A stretch of 63,766 nt of DNA, counting the filler, from Octopus bimaculoides (lineage: Eukaryota): assembly GCF_001194135.2 (NCBI RefSeq). It is 3 parts of 3 records of this genome, joined end to end, with 100 filler letters (N's around TTAATTAATTAA, not from the genome) between each part and the next. Parts side by side here need not be neighbours in the genome. Positions count along the whole stretch, not along the records: positions 1 to 30,035 come from NC_068988.1; 2 more parts are not named here. The stretch is one strand, 5' to 3'. The position numbers and the translations under genes were made by a program. Positions within the stretch are counted from its first letter, which is position 1, and each line of letters begins with the position of its first letter. This document shows, in pieces, positions 1 through 11,917 of this stretch. The notes below the pieces were generated by a model. That model did not search any database and was not told the DNA's origin. It saw only the letters and a program-made list of their open reading frames with translations.

Positions 1-198
1 TAACAAAAACACCAGGACTTACAAATATATATAACATACAGAAAATTGCACTACTGGTTACTGCACACATTCTACGCAAAACACTTTCAATACAGTAAAC
101 ATGAGAGCACCACAGCAAACCACAGCACATACCCAAGGCGCACAGAGCTGCGCTCGGTAGTGAAATGAAAGCACGCTATAAAAATAAAACTACTGAAC

Positions 199-261
<63 letters not shown>
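1..261 (+). mobile_element. 3' end of an R4/Dong-like non-LTR retrotransposon: ORF C-terminus, 3' UTR and (AAT)n tail
   Basis: The frame from position 3 reads TKTPGLTNIYNIQKIALLVTAHILRKTLSIQ* (stop at 96-98). This matches the QKxALLGTAxILRK C-terminal motif of R4-clade ORFs. An (AAT)n run follows at 199-261. Confidence 0.7.
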
Positions 262-262
<1 letters not shown>

Positions 263-385
263 GTTTCAAATTTTGGCAGCAATTTTCGGGGAGCAGGTGA
301 GTTGATTATATCAATCCCACTGTTCAACTGGTACTTATTTTATCGACCCCGAAAAGATGAAAAAGCAAAGTCAGAATCAGAATTG
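262..385 (-). mobile_element. SINE family B, 3' half
   Basis: ggtttcaaatttt...caactggtacttattttatcgaccccgaaaagatgaaaaagcaaagtc matches the family B copies at 33083-33960. Confidence 0.8.
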
Positions 386-429
386 ACATGAGAGCAGAGA
401 AAGCCCCTAAAAAACTGCTCAGCCGGAGA

Positions 430-603
430 CAGCCCGGGTTTTTGAGATAAGTACCTGGATGCTGAATGTCTCCCACGATAATTAAGAACCAAGTGTCAAT
501 GCTTATAATGAATGGAAAGAGATTCTGTGAAACCTCTGAAAGCATGCTGCTGCTCGCTCTTACAGGATTTACCAGAGCACACTAGACCGAGTTCTCTGAG
601 AAG
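430..603 (-). mobile_element. Dispersed repeat, probable LINE 3' end; second copy at 33571-33702
   Basis: tcccacgataattaagaaccaagtgtcaatgcttataatg...tagaccgagttctctgagaag aligns with tcctacgataattaacacccaagtatcaaagcttataatg...aagaccgaacgttttgagaag. The second copy abuts an AAT array like a tail. Confidence 0.5.
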
Positions 604-1304
604 TAATAGAATTATAATAATAAGTTATGATGATTGCGTTGATAATGAGTGATTATTTCATTTATTTGCCACAAAGCTAGTAGATGAGATATGCATTGCA
701 TGATAAGGTAACAAATTGTGTGGTGGCTTATATAAAAGTTGAGAATAAATTAAGAGGTCAAATGGGGGTAAAAGTACACAGAATACAAAATATGTGAATA
801 TATCAAGGATATGCCTCTCAAAACAGAAGACAAATGCGTGTTATTTGAGGTAAATTTCGCTATTGTTCTTTTGGAGTTTTAGTGACATCGTAAAGGCTAC
901 TTTTCTCATGCATGCAGTAGTTATAAGAAATCTACGTTGTTTTATCTTGCAGTGTTTTGTTTAAATGGGTGTGGAATTTATAACTGAATCAGAGATCACA
1001 GAATAATCATAAACAGATTATAATGACGCCAACTACAGTGACAGACAAAGGTTAATCATGATGGCTACAACAAAATCAAATTTCAACTTAAATTCATCTT
1101 TTAAAAACAATTGCAGGAAAACACACAGAAACTTAGATTTGTATGTAAACAGACTTCAAATGTACAATTACACGTATATATATTATTTTACATTCTATTG
1201 TACATTACTTATTTCTTCATAATGATATTTGTCTTTTATTTCAAAATCTGAATAGAATCATACTTTAAGCCGATCAGGGCATATAACATATATAACCGTC
1301 TATA

Positions 1305-1341
<37 letters not shown>

Positions 1342-1498
1342 CTTGCAAACGCTCGATTACACATGTGTATATATAAGATATAGACAATTGCAATTATATG
1401 TAAAACATATAAATAAATAAATATATATATTCTTATATTTTAACATATAATGCATGGGCATTATACTTACGCACACGCTCGCGCACACACAAACACAC

Positions 1499-1545
<47 letters not shown>

Positions 1546-2097
1546 NNNNNNNNNNNNNNNNNNNNNNNNNNNNNNNNNNNNNNNNNNNNNNNNNNNNNNN
1601 NNNNNNNNNNNNNNNNNNNNNNNNNNNNNNNNNNNNNNNNNNNNNNNNNNNNNNNNNNNNNNNNNNNNNNNNNNNNNNNNNNNNNNNNNNNNNNNNNNNN
1701 NNNNNNNNNNNNNNNNNNNNNNNNNNNNNNNNNNNNNNNNNNNNNNNNNNNNNNNNNNNNNNNNNNNNNNNNNNNNNNNNNNNNNNNNNNNNNNNNNNNN
1801 NNNNNNNNNNNNNNNNNNNNNNNNNNNNNNNCTCGACTCGGATGGAACCTAATGTGATATATACCGATATTCCGCCACTTCTTGTCGTCTATTAAGAAAG
1901 ATACAACGCCTAGAAAGAACTGAATCGCCGATTTATGAATATATGCTGCCCATGCGAAAACTGTTGCTTGATGTGCAACGGCGATGCACATATATAAGTG
2001 AATTAAATTACGAATTAAAAGATACGCTAGCAGTAAACATTATCGATAAAGGTAAAGTTAGTAAAATCGCATTCTCGAGTCATCCTGATTCACAATG

Positions 2098-2310
2098 ACC
2101 GGTTTCTCGGTTTCATGCCATATATATTCCTCACTTGGACAGGACGCCGGTCCGTCGCAGGATAACTAATTTTTGCCAGCTAAGTGGACTGGAGCAGCAG
2201 GAAATAAAGTGTTTTGCTCAAGAAGACAACGCATCCCACGGTCCAGGATTCGAAACCGCAATCTTACGATCATGAGTTCAGCTCCTTAACCACTCAATCA
2301 TACGCCTCCA
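2098..2310 (-). mobile_element. tRNA-derived SINE, family D
   Basis: The reverse complement begins ggaggcgtatgattgagtggttaagg with a B-box-like ggtttcgaatcc and the central block cttgagcaaaacactttatttc...ctccagtccac, shared with 13245-13460 and 39558-39770. Confidence 0.75.
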
Positions 2311-2880
2311 CAATATTATCGACCGCACATAAACAATGTATGTTTTTTTGTTTTTTTATTCGCCATTATTGTGGCTTATCAATGGCGAAACATCGGTAAA
2401 CAACACTCTTCATCGCATCCAGCGTACTTAGTGACTCTCTTCCCAAACGATCTCACGCAGTAAATTCGGTGAATAAGCAGAATACTTACATTGTGTTTGC
2501 GCAATCGATAATATATATATGTCACTTAGGCAAATATATATACCTAAGACTAATAACTCGATGTAAAAATCAATATACGAATGTTTCATAACGAAGTGTT
2601 CGCTGAGGGTAGAGCGGCAATAAGAAATAGAGATGACAAAGAAATAAATAATTATCTTATGAGGTTCATTAGCTTATAGTTGTTTCTTCTATAAGATGCG
2701 GTGAACACATAGTTGAGTGCCTGAATAACACATTATATCTTCATCGAAGCCTCGAATATGAAGTACAACACATTTGGTAATGTATTATTTCTATTTTTGA
2801 AATCAGTAAATGTATTTCACTAGTATAATTATATGTTTACAAGAGCTAGTTAGGCATCTCCAACTAGCAAGCCATGCTAC

Positions 2881-2923
2881 TCCAGACTGAAGACGAGCAA
2901 TATCTCAGAAACTAGTCTCTGGA
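2881..2923 (+). ncRNA. Minimal type I hammerhead ribozyme-like motif of the Penelope/retrozyme type
   Basis: tccaga CTGAAGA c gag-caatat-ctc a GAAA ctag TC tctgga. Helix I is tccaga/tctgga (6 bp), helix II is gag/ctc, helix III is the palindrome ACTAGT, and the cleavage triplet is GUC. One non-canonical A precedes GAAA. Confidence 0.6.
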
Positions 2924-3226
2924 TGCAGGCTTAGCTGGTTAGAGGTGCTTATCTCCCCCTTGTAAACATAAGGACACAGGAAATATGTCAAGGCTGACAG
3001 GAAGTGGTACTGCTTCCTAGGGCTAAATAGCAGTAGTATTATTCCCTTCAGGGGACTGTCACATTGAGTTGACGAATGTAGTATATATATANNNNNNNNN
3101 NNNNNNNNNNNNNNNNNNNNNNNNNNNNNNNNNNNNNNNNNNNNNNNNNNNNNNNNNNNNNNNNNNNNNNNNNNNNNNNNNNNNNNNNNNNNNNNNNNNN
3201 NNNNNNNNNNNNNNNNNNNNNNNNNN

Positions 3227-3257
<31 letters not shown>

Positions 3258-3268
3258 TATATATATAT

Positions 3269-3475
3269 TCTTTATTCTTTACTTTTAATTATATCAGTCA
3301 TTTGACTGCGGCGATGCTGGAGCACCACCTTTAGTTGAGTAAATCGACTTATTTTTTGCAAGCCTAGTACTTATTATATCGGTGTCTTTTGCCGAATCGT
3401 TAAGTTACGGAGACGTAAACACACCAGCATCGGTTGTCTAGCGATGTTGGAGGGGACAAACACATACACACACAT
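3269..3475 (-). mobile_element. SINE family C, 3' half
   Basis: cagtcatttgactgcggcgatgctggagcaccacc...gacgtaaacacaccagcatcggttgtc is the reverse complement of the tail of the full copy at 18628-19044. Confidence 0.8.
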
Positions 3476-3481
3476 ATATAC

Positions 3482-3519
<38 letters not shown>

Positions 3520-3521
<2 letters not shown>

Positions 3522-3724
3522 GAGAATTTACGAAAAAACAACAGACGAAGACAGGTGGTGTAAAGAACAAATAGATGTATTAGTTTAACGCACGGGAATA
3601 GAGAAAGTCTTTAACGTTTCGAGCTACGCTCATCAACTGAAAGAAACACAGAAAGAAATCAGGAGAAAAACAAGGAGAAAAAAAATATAAATGTAGTGGT
3701 CAGCGATCTATATATGCCGGACAC
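3520..3724 (-). mobile_element. Short repeat family H carrying a degenerate hammerhead-like motif (3607-3647); possible Penelope pLTR derivative
   Basis: The minus strand reads tctttcag TTGATGA gcgtagctc GAAA CGTT aaagac. It is homologous to 58790-58883 plus 63551-63659. Confidence 0.45.
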
Positions 3725-3725
3725 A

Positions 3726-3852
<127 letters not shown>

Positions 3853-6188
3853 AATTATGTATGTATATATGTACGTATATAAGTGTATGTGCATACGTAA
3901 TTATATATACATGTATACATATATAGAGAAAGAAACACAGGAATTCAAAAAGGGAATTATGTGCGTATATATATATATGCTGATATTAAGCCTAATTAAG
4001 ACTGTTCTTCCTTTTCTTTTCGATCTGCAGAGTAGTTTAATTTGCCAGATTTTTATGTCCACTACGACAGTTTACGTATCCCTTAAGACGTAAACATTTA
4101 TGTAAATATGTCTAACTCCATGTTACACTAAATCATGATTGTTTTATATAACAGCTAAATCATGCTATTATTTTGTGATGTTATCACCAAGGAGTAAATG
4201 ACGAAAGGGAAACGGTCGGTCAAAAGAGATCCAGGCATTTTTCTGCTGCATTTCAATAATTTACAAAGAATGTGAATACATCCTTACTTTTCCAACGTTT
4301 AAACTACAAGAGAATAAAATATTTTTCAGTACATTTCATGGATATATNNNNNNNNNNNNNNNNNNNNNNNNNNNNNNNNNNNNNNNNNNNNNNNNNNNNN
4401 NNNNNNNNNNNNNNNNNNNNNNNNNNNNNNNNNNNNNNNNNNNNNNNNNNNNNNNNNNNNNNNNNNNNNNNNNNNNNNNNNNNNNNNNNNNNNNNNNNNN
4501 NNNNNNNNNNNNNNNNNNNNNNNNNNNNNNNNNNNNNNNNNNNNNNNNNNNNNNNNNNNNNNNNNNNNNNNNNNNNNNNNNNNNNNNNNNNNNNNNNNNN
4601 NNNNNNNNNNNNNNNNNNNNNNNNNNNNNNNNNNNNNNNNNNNNNNNNNNNNNNNNNNNNNNNNNNNNNNNNNNNNNNNNNNNNNNNNNNNNNNNNNNNN
4701 NNNNNNNNNNNNNNNNNNNNNNNNNNNNNNNNNNNNNNNNNNNNNNNNNNNNNNNNNNNNNNNNNNNNNNNNNNNNNNNNNNNNNNNNNNNNNNNNNNNN
4801 NNNNNNNNNNNNNNNNNNNNNNNNNNNNNNNNNNNNNNNNNNNNNNNNNNNNNNNNNNNNNNNNNNNNNNNNNNNNNNNNNNNNNNNNNNNNNNNNNNNN
4901 NNNNNNNNNNNNNNNNNNNNNNNNNNNNNNNNNNNNNNNNNNNNNNNNNNNNNNNNNNNNNNNNNNNNNNNNNNNNNNNNNNNNNNNNNNNNNNNNNNNN
5001 NNNNNNNNNNNNNNNNNNNNNNNNNNNNNNNNNNNNNNNNNNNNNNNNNNNNNNNNNNNNNNNNNNNNNNNNNNNNNNNNNNNNNNNNNNNNNNNNNNNN
5101 NNNNNNNNNNNNNNNNNNNNNNNNNNNNNNNNNNNNNNNNNNNNNNNNNNNNNNTATATATATATATATATATATATGGGTTTGTGTGTGTGTGTGTCTG
5201 TTGTATAGTGAAACTGTATACCCATCCCATTAAAAAGTGGTAGGAGTCAGCCATTAGAAACAGATCAGTAGCAGGTCAAGAGATGGTCGATAGTCGATTT
5301 GTTGAGAGTCGACAAATCTAGTCGATATCGTAGGAAGCTATCAGCAATAGTAAGACAGAAGAATTTAATGTATTACTACTCTCGTACGATGAGATATAAC
5401 GGTATCCGATGACTAGTAACTATTTGGCTACTATCATAAAACAGCAACTACAGTACAACGGTAGTCACACATCACGGCAGTGAGAGGAAGTCACTTTACT
5501 CTGTGTGTGTGTCTGTCTGTCTGTCTGTGTGTGTGTGTGTGTCTTAAGACTTTATATTGCGTTCGTCATTTATGCACACCTCTAGATATGTATTCGATTA
5601 CGACAGATAACATGATAAATGATTTCCACAGCGTATGGAAAAAGTATGTTCAAGAATATAGGTATATATATATATATATATATATATATNNNNNNNNNNN
5701 NNNNNNNNNNNNNNNNNNNNNNNNNNNNNNNNNNNNNNNNNNNNNNNNNNNNNNNNNNNNNNNNNNNNNNNNNNNNNNNNNNNNNNNNNNNNNNNNNNNN
5801 NNNNNNNNNNNNNNNNNNNNNNNNNNNNNNNNNNNNNNNNNNNNNNNNNNNNNNNNNNNNNNNNNNNNNNNNNNNNNNNNNNNNNNNNNNNNNNNNNNNN
5901 NNNNNNNNNNNNNNNNNNNNNNNNNNNNNNNNNNNNNNNNNNNNNNNNNNNNNNNNNNNNNNNNNNNNNNNNNNNNNNNNNNNNNNNNNNNNNNNNNNNN
6001 NNNNNNNNNNNNNNNNNNNNNNNNNNNNNNNNNNNNNNNNNNNNNNNNNNNNNNNNNNNNNNNNNNNNNNNNNNNNNNNNNNNNNNNNNNNNNNNNNNNN
6101 NNNNNNNNNNNNNNNNNNNNNNNNNNNNNNNNNNNNNNNNNNNNNNNNNNNNNNNNNNNNNNNNNNNNNNNNNNNNNNNNNNNNNNNN

Positions 6189-6226
<38 letters not shown>

Positions 6227-6436
6227 TTTGTGTGCCTGTGCTTGTCCCCCACATCGCTTGACATCCGATGGTGGTGTGTTTACGTCCCCGTAACGTAGCG
6301 GTTCGGCAATAGGGACCGATAGAATAAGTACTGGGCTTACAAAGAATAAGTCCTGGGGTCGATTTGCTCGATTAAAGGCGGTGCTCCAGCATGGCCGCAG
6401 TCAAATTACTGAAACAAGTAAAGGAGTAAAAGAGTA
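6189..6436 (+). mobile_element. SINE family C, 3' half emerging from a gap
   Basis: (TG)n, then gtttacgtccccgtaacgtagcggttcggc...ggcggtgctccagcatggccgcagtcaaattactgaaacaagtaaaggagtaaaagagta. Confidence 0.85.
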
Positions 6437-6949
6437 TGATATGTAGATGAACCTGCCTCGCGATAGGAAACGTAAACGGTGGCAGCGACATCAGACATCT
6501 TTATTCCCCAAATGCCATATATTAGGCTCTCAATAATAACAATGTAAGAAAGCGGTTGTGCTGAAGCACAGCTGCAACTTTGAGCTAAAGTCGATAAAAA
6601 AATAATTGGTATGTTAATCCGATAAAAATTAATTTAACTTCAGCCCTTCGTTTATTTATTATTTTGGAAGTGACATAAAAAAAAAAGATTATGTCCCTTA
6701 GACACTTCATTTATTCTTGAAATGCAATTTTGTACATGCTGGAAAAGGGCCCGTAGCTCCCTTCGGAGGGCCACGGGAGACTCAGGACCACTTCCATTGT
6801 CTTCGTCGTGAGGTTTTACGCAAGAATTATCTTTTAGATTTTATATTCACGCTGCTGGTTTCTTTCCTATAGGCGGACATCAGACATACACACACACATC
6901 CATTTTTATTATATAGATATATCATTGCGAACGTCCTCATAAATTGCAG

Positions 6950-6950
6950 T

Positions 6951-7019
<69 letters not shown>

Positions 7020-7062
7020 GTTCTTGTTGTTGTTGTTATTATTTTTATTATTATTTCATTAT
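6950..7062. repeat. (TAT)n/(TGT)n microsatellite
   Basis: Directly visible. Confidence 0.9.
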
Positions 7063-7064
7063 TA

Positions 7065-7283
7065 AAAGTGGCGAGTTTGCAGAATCATTAGCAAGCCGGG
7101 CCAAATGCTTAGTAACATTTCATCCATCTTTACGTTTTTAGTTCAAATTCTACCGACATTGATTTTACCTTTCATCCTTTCGAGGTCGATGAAATAAGTA
7201 CCAGTCACGCATTGGTTTGATGTAATCCGGTGACAAACTCTCCCAAAACCCTAACCCTCACGCCTTTAGCATAAAGATTATTA
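7065..7283 (+). mobile_element. tRNA-derived SINE, family B
   Basis: Head gtggcgagtttgcagaatcattagc, B box agttcaaattc, central ctttcatcctttcgaggtcgatgaaataagtaccag. It sits directly after a TTA array. Confidence 0.8.
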
Positions 7284-7925
7284 TTGGTGCTGTTGTTGTT
7301 GTTGTTGCTGTTGTTGTTGTTGCTGTTGCTGCTGTTGTTGTTTTTGTTGTTAAATATATTACTTTTGTTTTAATTTTCCTTCGTACAAATTGCGACTATA
7401 ATTCTTGTGACTGAAGGAAAATTTTCTATACTCGAGTTTCTTCTATCTGCGTATTCAGCGTATTGAAATGTTTAATATTTAATGAAATTTTAAATTAATG
7501 TTTTTTCAATTGGAGTAATATCTGTGTATGTATACCTGGGTACTTCTGGCTGTACACATACATGTATGTAGGTATGTATTTGTGTGTGTGTGTATTGAAT
7601 TTACGCATAAATTATCTTTTTCTTTTTCTAATGTTAATTGAATTAACACGGGAAATGTTATTCTATTAGTGATTACTTCTTTTGCTTTTTTTATTTGTGG
7701 CTCTCTTCTTCCTTTACAAATTTTGTTTATCACTTTTGAAATGCGAATAAATTTAACATTTCTTCATACATATGTCGTTGGAATACCGAGCACAGAAAAA
7801 TTAGTATTTTCAACACATTCTTCTCTAAACTAACGTAACAGATGAATTAACTAATGAGGCAAAAATATGCCTTTCTATATCTTTATAACTGTGTGCAGAT
7901 ATTCAAGTTCATATATGTAACCTTG

Positions 7926-8345
7926 TGGAGGTGCAATGGCCCAGTGGTTAGGGCAGTGGACTCGCGGTCATAGAATCGCGGTTTCGATTCCCAGACCGGG
8001 CGTTGTGAGTGATTATTGAGCGAAAAACACCTAAAGCTCCACGAGGCTCCGGCAGGGGATTGTGGCGAACCCTGCTGTACTCTTTCACCACAACTTTCTC
8101 TCACTCTTACTTCCTGTTTCTGTTGTGCCTGTAATTCAACGGGTCAGCCTTGTCACACTGTGTCACGCTGAATATCCCCGAGAACTACGTTAAGGGTACA
8201 CGTGTCTGTGGAGTGCTCAGCCACTTGCACGTTAGTTTCACGAGCAGGCTGTTCCGTTGATCGGATCAACTCGAACCCTCGACTAAAATTGGTATTCCAC
8301 TATGACCGCAGTCAAATAACTGAAACAAGTAAAAGAGTAAAAGAG
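7926..8345 (+). mobile_element. tRNA-derived SINE family A fused to a family C tail
   Basis: A box tggcccagtgg, B box ggtttcgattcc, family A body to aaccctcgac (about 8282), then tgaccgcagtcaaataactgaaacaagtaaaagagtaaaagagta. Confidence 0.85.
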
Positions 8346-8799
8346 TATATTACAAATGTTTGCAAATCTTATTATAGTAAGATAATAGCAATTGAAATTT
8401 GTAGCAATGCTTCACTCCCTATATAACAGGCATATAACAACATGACAGCCAAAGCTACTGGATCTTTAGCAAGACACAATTTGCTGTATGGATGTCCCGG
8501 ATGAGACACAGAGAGCAAAATGGATGCAACACATGTTGATCGGAATCCTGCCCATTAGTGACAGTAGCAAGATGGGTCGAAACGACCGTTGTACAATATA
8601 AAGACTATTACCAATTCCATCTCCTGGTTACTTAAGAAATTATTATTATTGTTATCGCAACTAACATTGCGGAGTTCCTGATGGGGACCCAACGGAAACA
8701 CACCCCGACTGTGCATGACACCAGGTCGCCCAAACTGTGCCAGTGCTCTACTCAACACTTCAACACACTAATCGACATATACCCATTAGTCCAAAATAC

Positions 8800-8800
<1 letters not shown>

Positions 8801-8866
<66 letters not shown>

Positions 8867-8898
8867 GTGTGTATGTATGTATTATATATATATATGTG

Positions 8899-8934
<36 letters not shown>

Positions 8935-8937
8935 ATG

Positions 8938-8979
<42 letters not shown>

Positions 8980-8980
8980 G
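8801..8980. repeat. Compound (TA)n/(TG)n/(TATG)n/(AAT)n microsatellite
   Basis: Directly visible. Confidence 0.9.
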
Positions 8981-10280
8981 TAAGTAACAACAAATGAATG
9001 AGACCTCGGTATTAGATAAATAGTGGATTATTTACATATGTTATAATTTAGAGCCAACAGTAAAAGATAGACATTATAGTACTCGGAGTTTCGATTGTCG
9101 GAGCCAAGAGCTACGATACCTTCTCATCGGCTGTTATATTATATATAGATGCGTATGGTTTGCATAAAGATTACTCAATGTAAATAATCCAATACATATT
9201 TGTTAATTATTTTTGCAGTGCAATTGAGGAATTAGGCAAAATATGCAAAGCGTTGTCTATAAATGAAATACGGAAATATTTAATTACATCATTAGGATGT
9301 TAAATAATTCTATATTATTTTGTGAAAAATCCATTTTACAAATATATTGAAAATAAACTATCAATATGTTTCAAAGAAACAGATGTTATCGGTGAATCAC
9401 ATCACTAATATGTGTTCTATGTTTTTTTTTTATATTTTTGAAGACAATTATTGGGGAAATATTTCCTTTGGAAATTCTCATATAATGGAAATTATTCCTT
9501 TCACAGTTGAGATCTTGACAATTCTAGAAGAGAAATTGAGATTGAGATTTTTGATAATTCAACATGGAACATGTTTGGTTTCAAGATTTTCATGTAATTT
9601 CCAATTGATGCTGGTTTGAAATTATCTCAAGAAGAATAATTGAATCTATTGATCGTTTACTAAAAATTAAATCCGAAGAACTGTTTCTTGTAAAAGTGTT
9701 GGCATGTCATCATAAACGGATATCTTTCAGTAGTTAAAAAAATCATTATTTTCATTCAATTTGAAACGTCATATTTCAGTGAATTAATATTTTCTTTATT
9801 GATCAGGAATAAAAGTTGTAAAAAGTATCCTGTGTACTGAGAAGAAATGAAAGTCTGTTTATTTACAACTTTTAAAAAACTATGTAAAGTCAATTGCGAT
9901 CAAATGTCACCTATAAATGATAAACGGCATAAGGTAAACAGTTTGCGAAGCTTTTTTTGTTTTTTATCAAAATTTCAAATTTTAAAGCGTTTTCCAGAAA
10001 CACTATGCAAATTAAACTTGTTTTTTTGTTTTTTTCATTTTTTATATATCTAGTACACTATGCAATCATAAAGTTTAAGAAATATTGACATACGGATGCA
10101 TATGGCCTACTAGTCATAGCATCCAAAACTATTTCAGATCATATACCAATATTAAATATGAAAACGTTGGACAACTTAATCATGGGTAAAATACTCTGGA
10201 GATTAACAAAAAAATCCTAAAGACATAAATACGGTTCATAATTAACTACTCGATCACGGTTCACCTTTAACACAGTGACA

Positions 10281-10850
10281 TGGGCGCAGGCATGGTTGTG
10301 GGGTAGGAAGCTAGCATTATAACTAGTTTCGAGTGCAGCTTGACTGCGTGGATCTTTTGTTTGGTGTCTTCTGCTTAAACCCCGAGCCATGGAGGCGCAA
10401 TGGCCCAGTTGTTAGGGCAGTGGACTCGCGGTCATAGGATCGCGGTTTCGATTCCCAGACCGGGAGTTGTGAGTGTTTATTGAGCGAAAACACCTAAAGC
10501 TCCACGAGGCTCCGGCAGGGGATGGTGGCGAACTCTGCTGTACTCTTACACCACAACTTTCTCTCACTTTTACTTCCTGTTTCTGTTGTGCCTGTATTTC
10601 AAAGAGCCAGCCTTGTCACACTGTGTCACCCTGAATATCCCCGAGAATCTACGTTACGGGTTCACGTGTCTGTGGAGTGCTCAGCCACTTGCACGTTAAT
10701 TTCACGAGCAGGCTGTTCCGCTGATCGGATCAAATGGAACCCTCGACGTCGTAAGCGACGGAGTGCCAACAACAACAACAACAACAAAACCGAGCCAATT
10801 AATGTCTTGTGAGTGAATCCGCTATACAGACAATGCATGATAGCTTGTCA
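10281..10850 (+). mobile_element. SINE family C 5' part interrupted by a full family A SINE (10390-10789)
   Basis: C head tgggcgcaggcatggttgtg at 10281. The A copy ends gacgtcgtaagcgacggagtgcc(aac)n. Target duplication ccgagcca at 10382-10389 and 10790-10797. The C sequence resumes with cttgtgagtgaatcc. Confidence 0.85.
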
Positions 10851-11507
10851 CTAACATACATACATATATACATACGTGTGTGTGTATGTGTGTATACATA
10901 CACACACACGTACACGTGTGAGATGGGATGACTTTGTCACTTTTTGTCTGACAACTTGCGATTTAGCAGAAGTGATCCATAGAATAAGCACTGGATTCAG
11001 GTTATTCGACTAGATCCTATGAAACCAAACAACCTAGCATCGAAATTTAAGAAATGGTACAGGTGATTCTGATCCAAAATTAAAGAATGGTATTTATTTA
11101 TTCCACCGAAGTAAGGACGACAGACAATGCTGATGTTACTGAGGTACGAAATTACATTGTACGGAACGGAATGATTAATTAAATACAGCACAGTATATTT
11201 AAGTTATTAGCGAGTGCACAGCTAGACAAATGTTTTCAAAATGCTTAAGTAGACATTCTAATTCAGTGAATTTTGCTCAATAATCAGAAGATCATTAGGA
11301 TTCTTGTAAACAAAGACCTTACTCCGCCAATCTATATGTATATTTCTCATCAATTTGTACAATGCTTTAAGCTGTAATAATTAATATTCATTTCTATCAT
11401 TTCATTCTGTTACATAATATCACATATTCATTAAAAATATATTTTCGTTTTATTTCCTTTTACGCAAACAAATATTTAACCAATGTAATGCAAGTTATAT
11501 ATGTGTG

Positions 11508-11545
<38 letters not shown>

Positions 11546-11689
11546 TGTGAATGTACATACATATATAAATACATACTTGCATACATAAATACATATAATT
11601 TACTGTCCCGTTATAGGCAGGATCAACAAGAAAAGCACTCTGCCTAGTGAGAGATAAATATCATGTAATATGCACCATTCCAAAGTTAT

Positions 11690-11690
<1 letters not shown>

Positions 11691-11742
<52 letters not shown>

Positions 11743-11917
11743 TGTAGTAATAGTAGTAGTAGTAGTAGTACTACTACTACTACTACTACCACCACCACCA
11801 CTACCACTACTACTACTACTACTACTACCACTACCACTACTACCACCACCACCACTACCACTACTACTACTACTACTACTATCACCACCACTACCACTAC
11901 TACTAATAATAATAATA
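11691..11917. repeat. (AGT)n followed directly by (ACT/ACC)n and (AAT)n
   Basis: Directly visible. The two main arrays are reverse complements of each other. Confidence 0.95.

Noticed and set aside
8545-8605. gggtcGAAACgacc, resembling a hammerhead 3' strand
   Set aside because: No CTGANGA upstream and no UH triplet.
10390-10465. tRNA-like sequences with A and B boxes (many copies)
   Set aside because: These are SINE heads that continue into SINE bodies and lack a complete cloverleaf, so they are not tRNA genes.
10965-11150. Possible exons between SINE clusters
   Set aside because: The frames from the plausible acceptors hit stops, and the only open option has a purine-rich acceptor.
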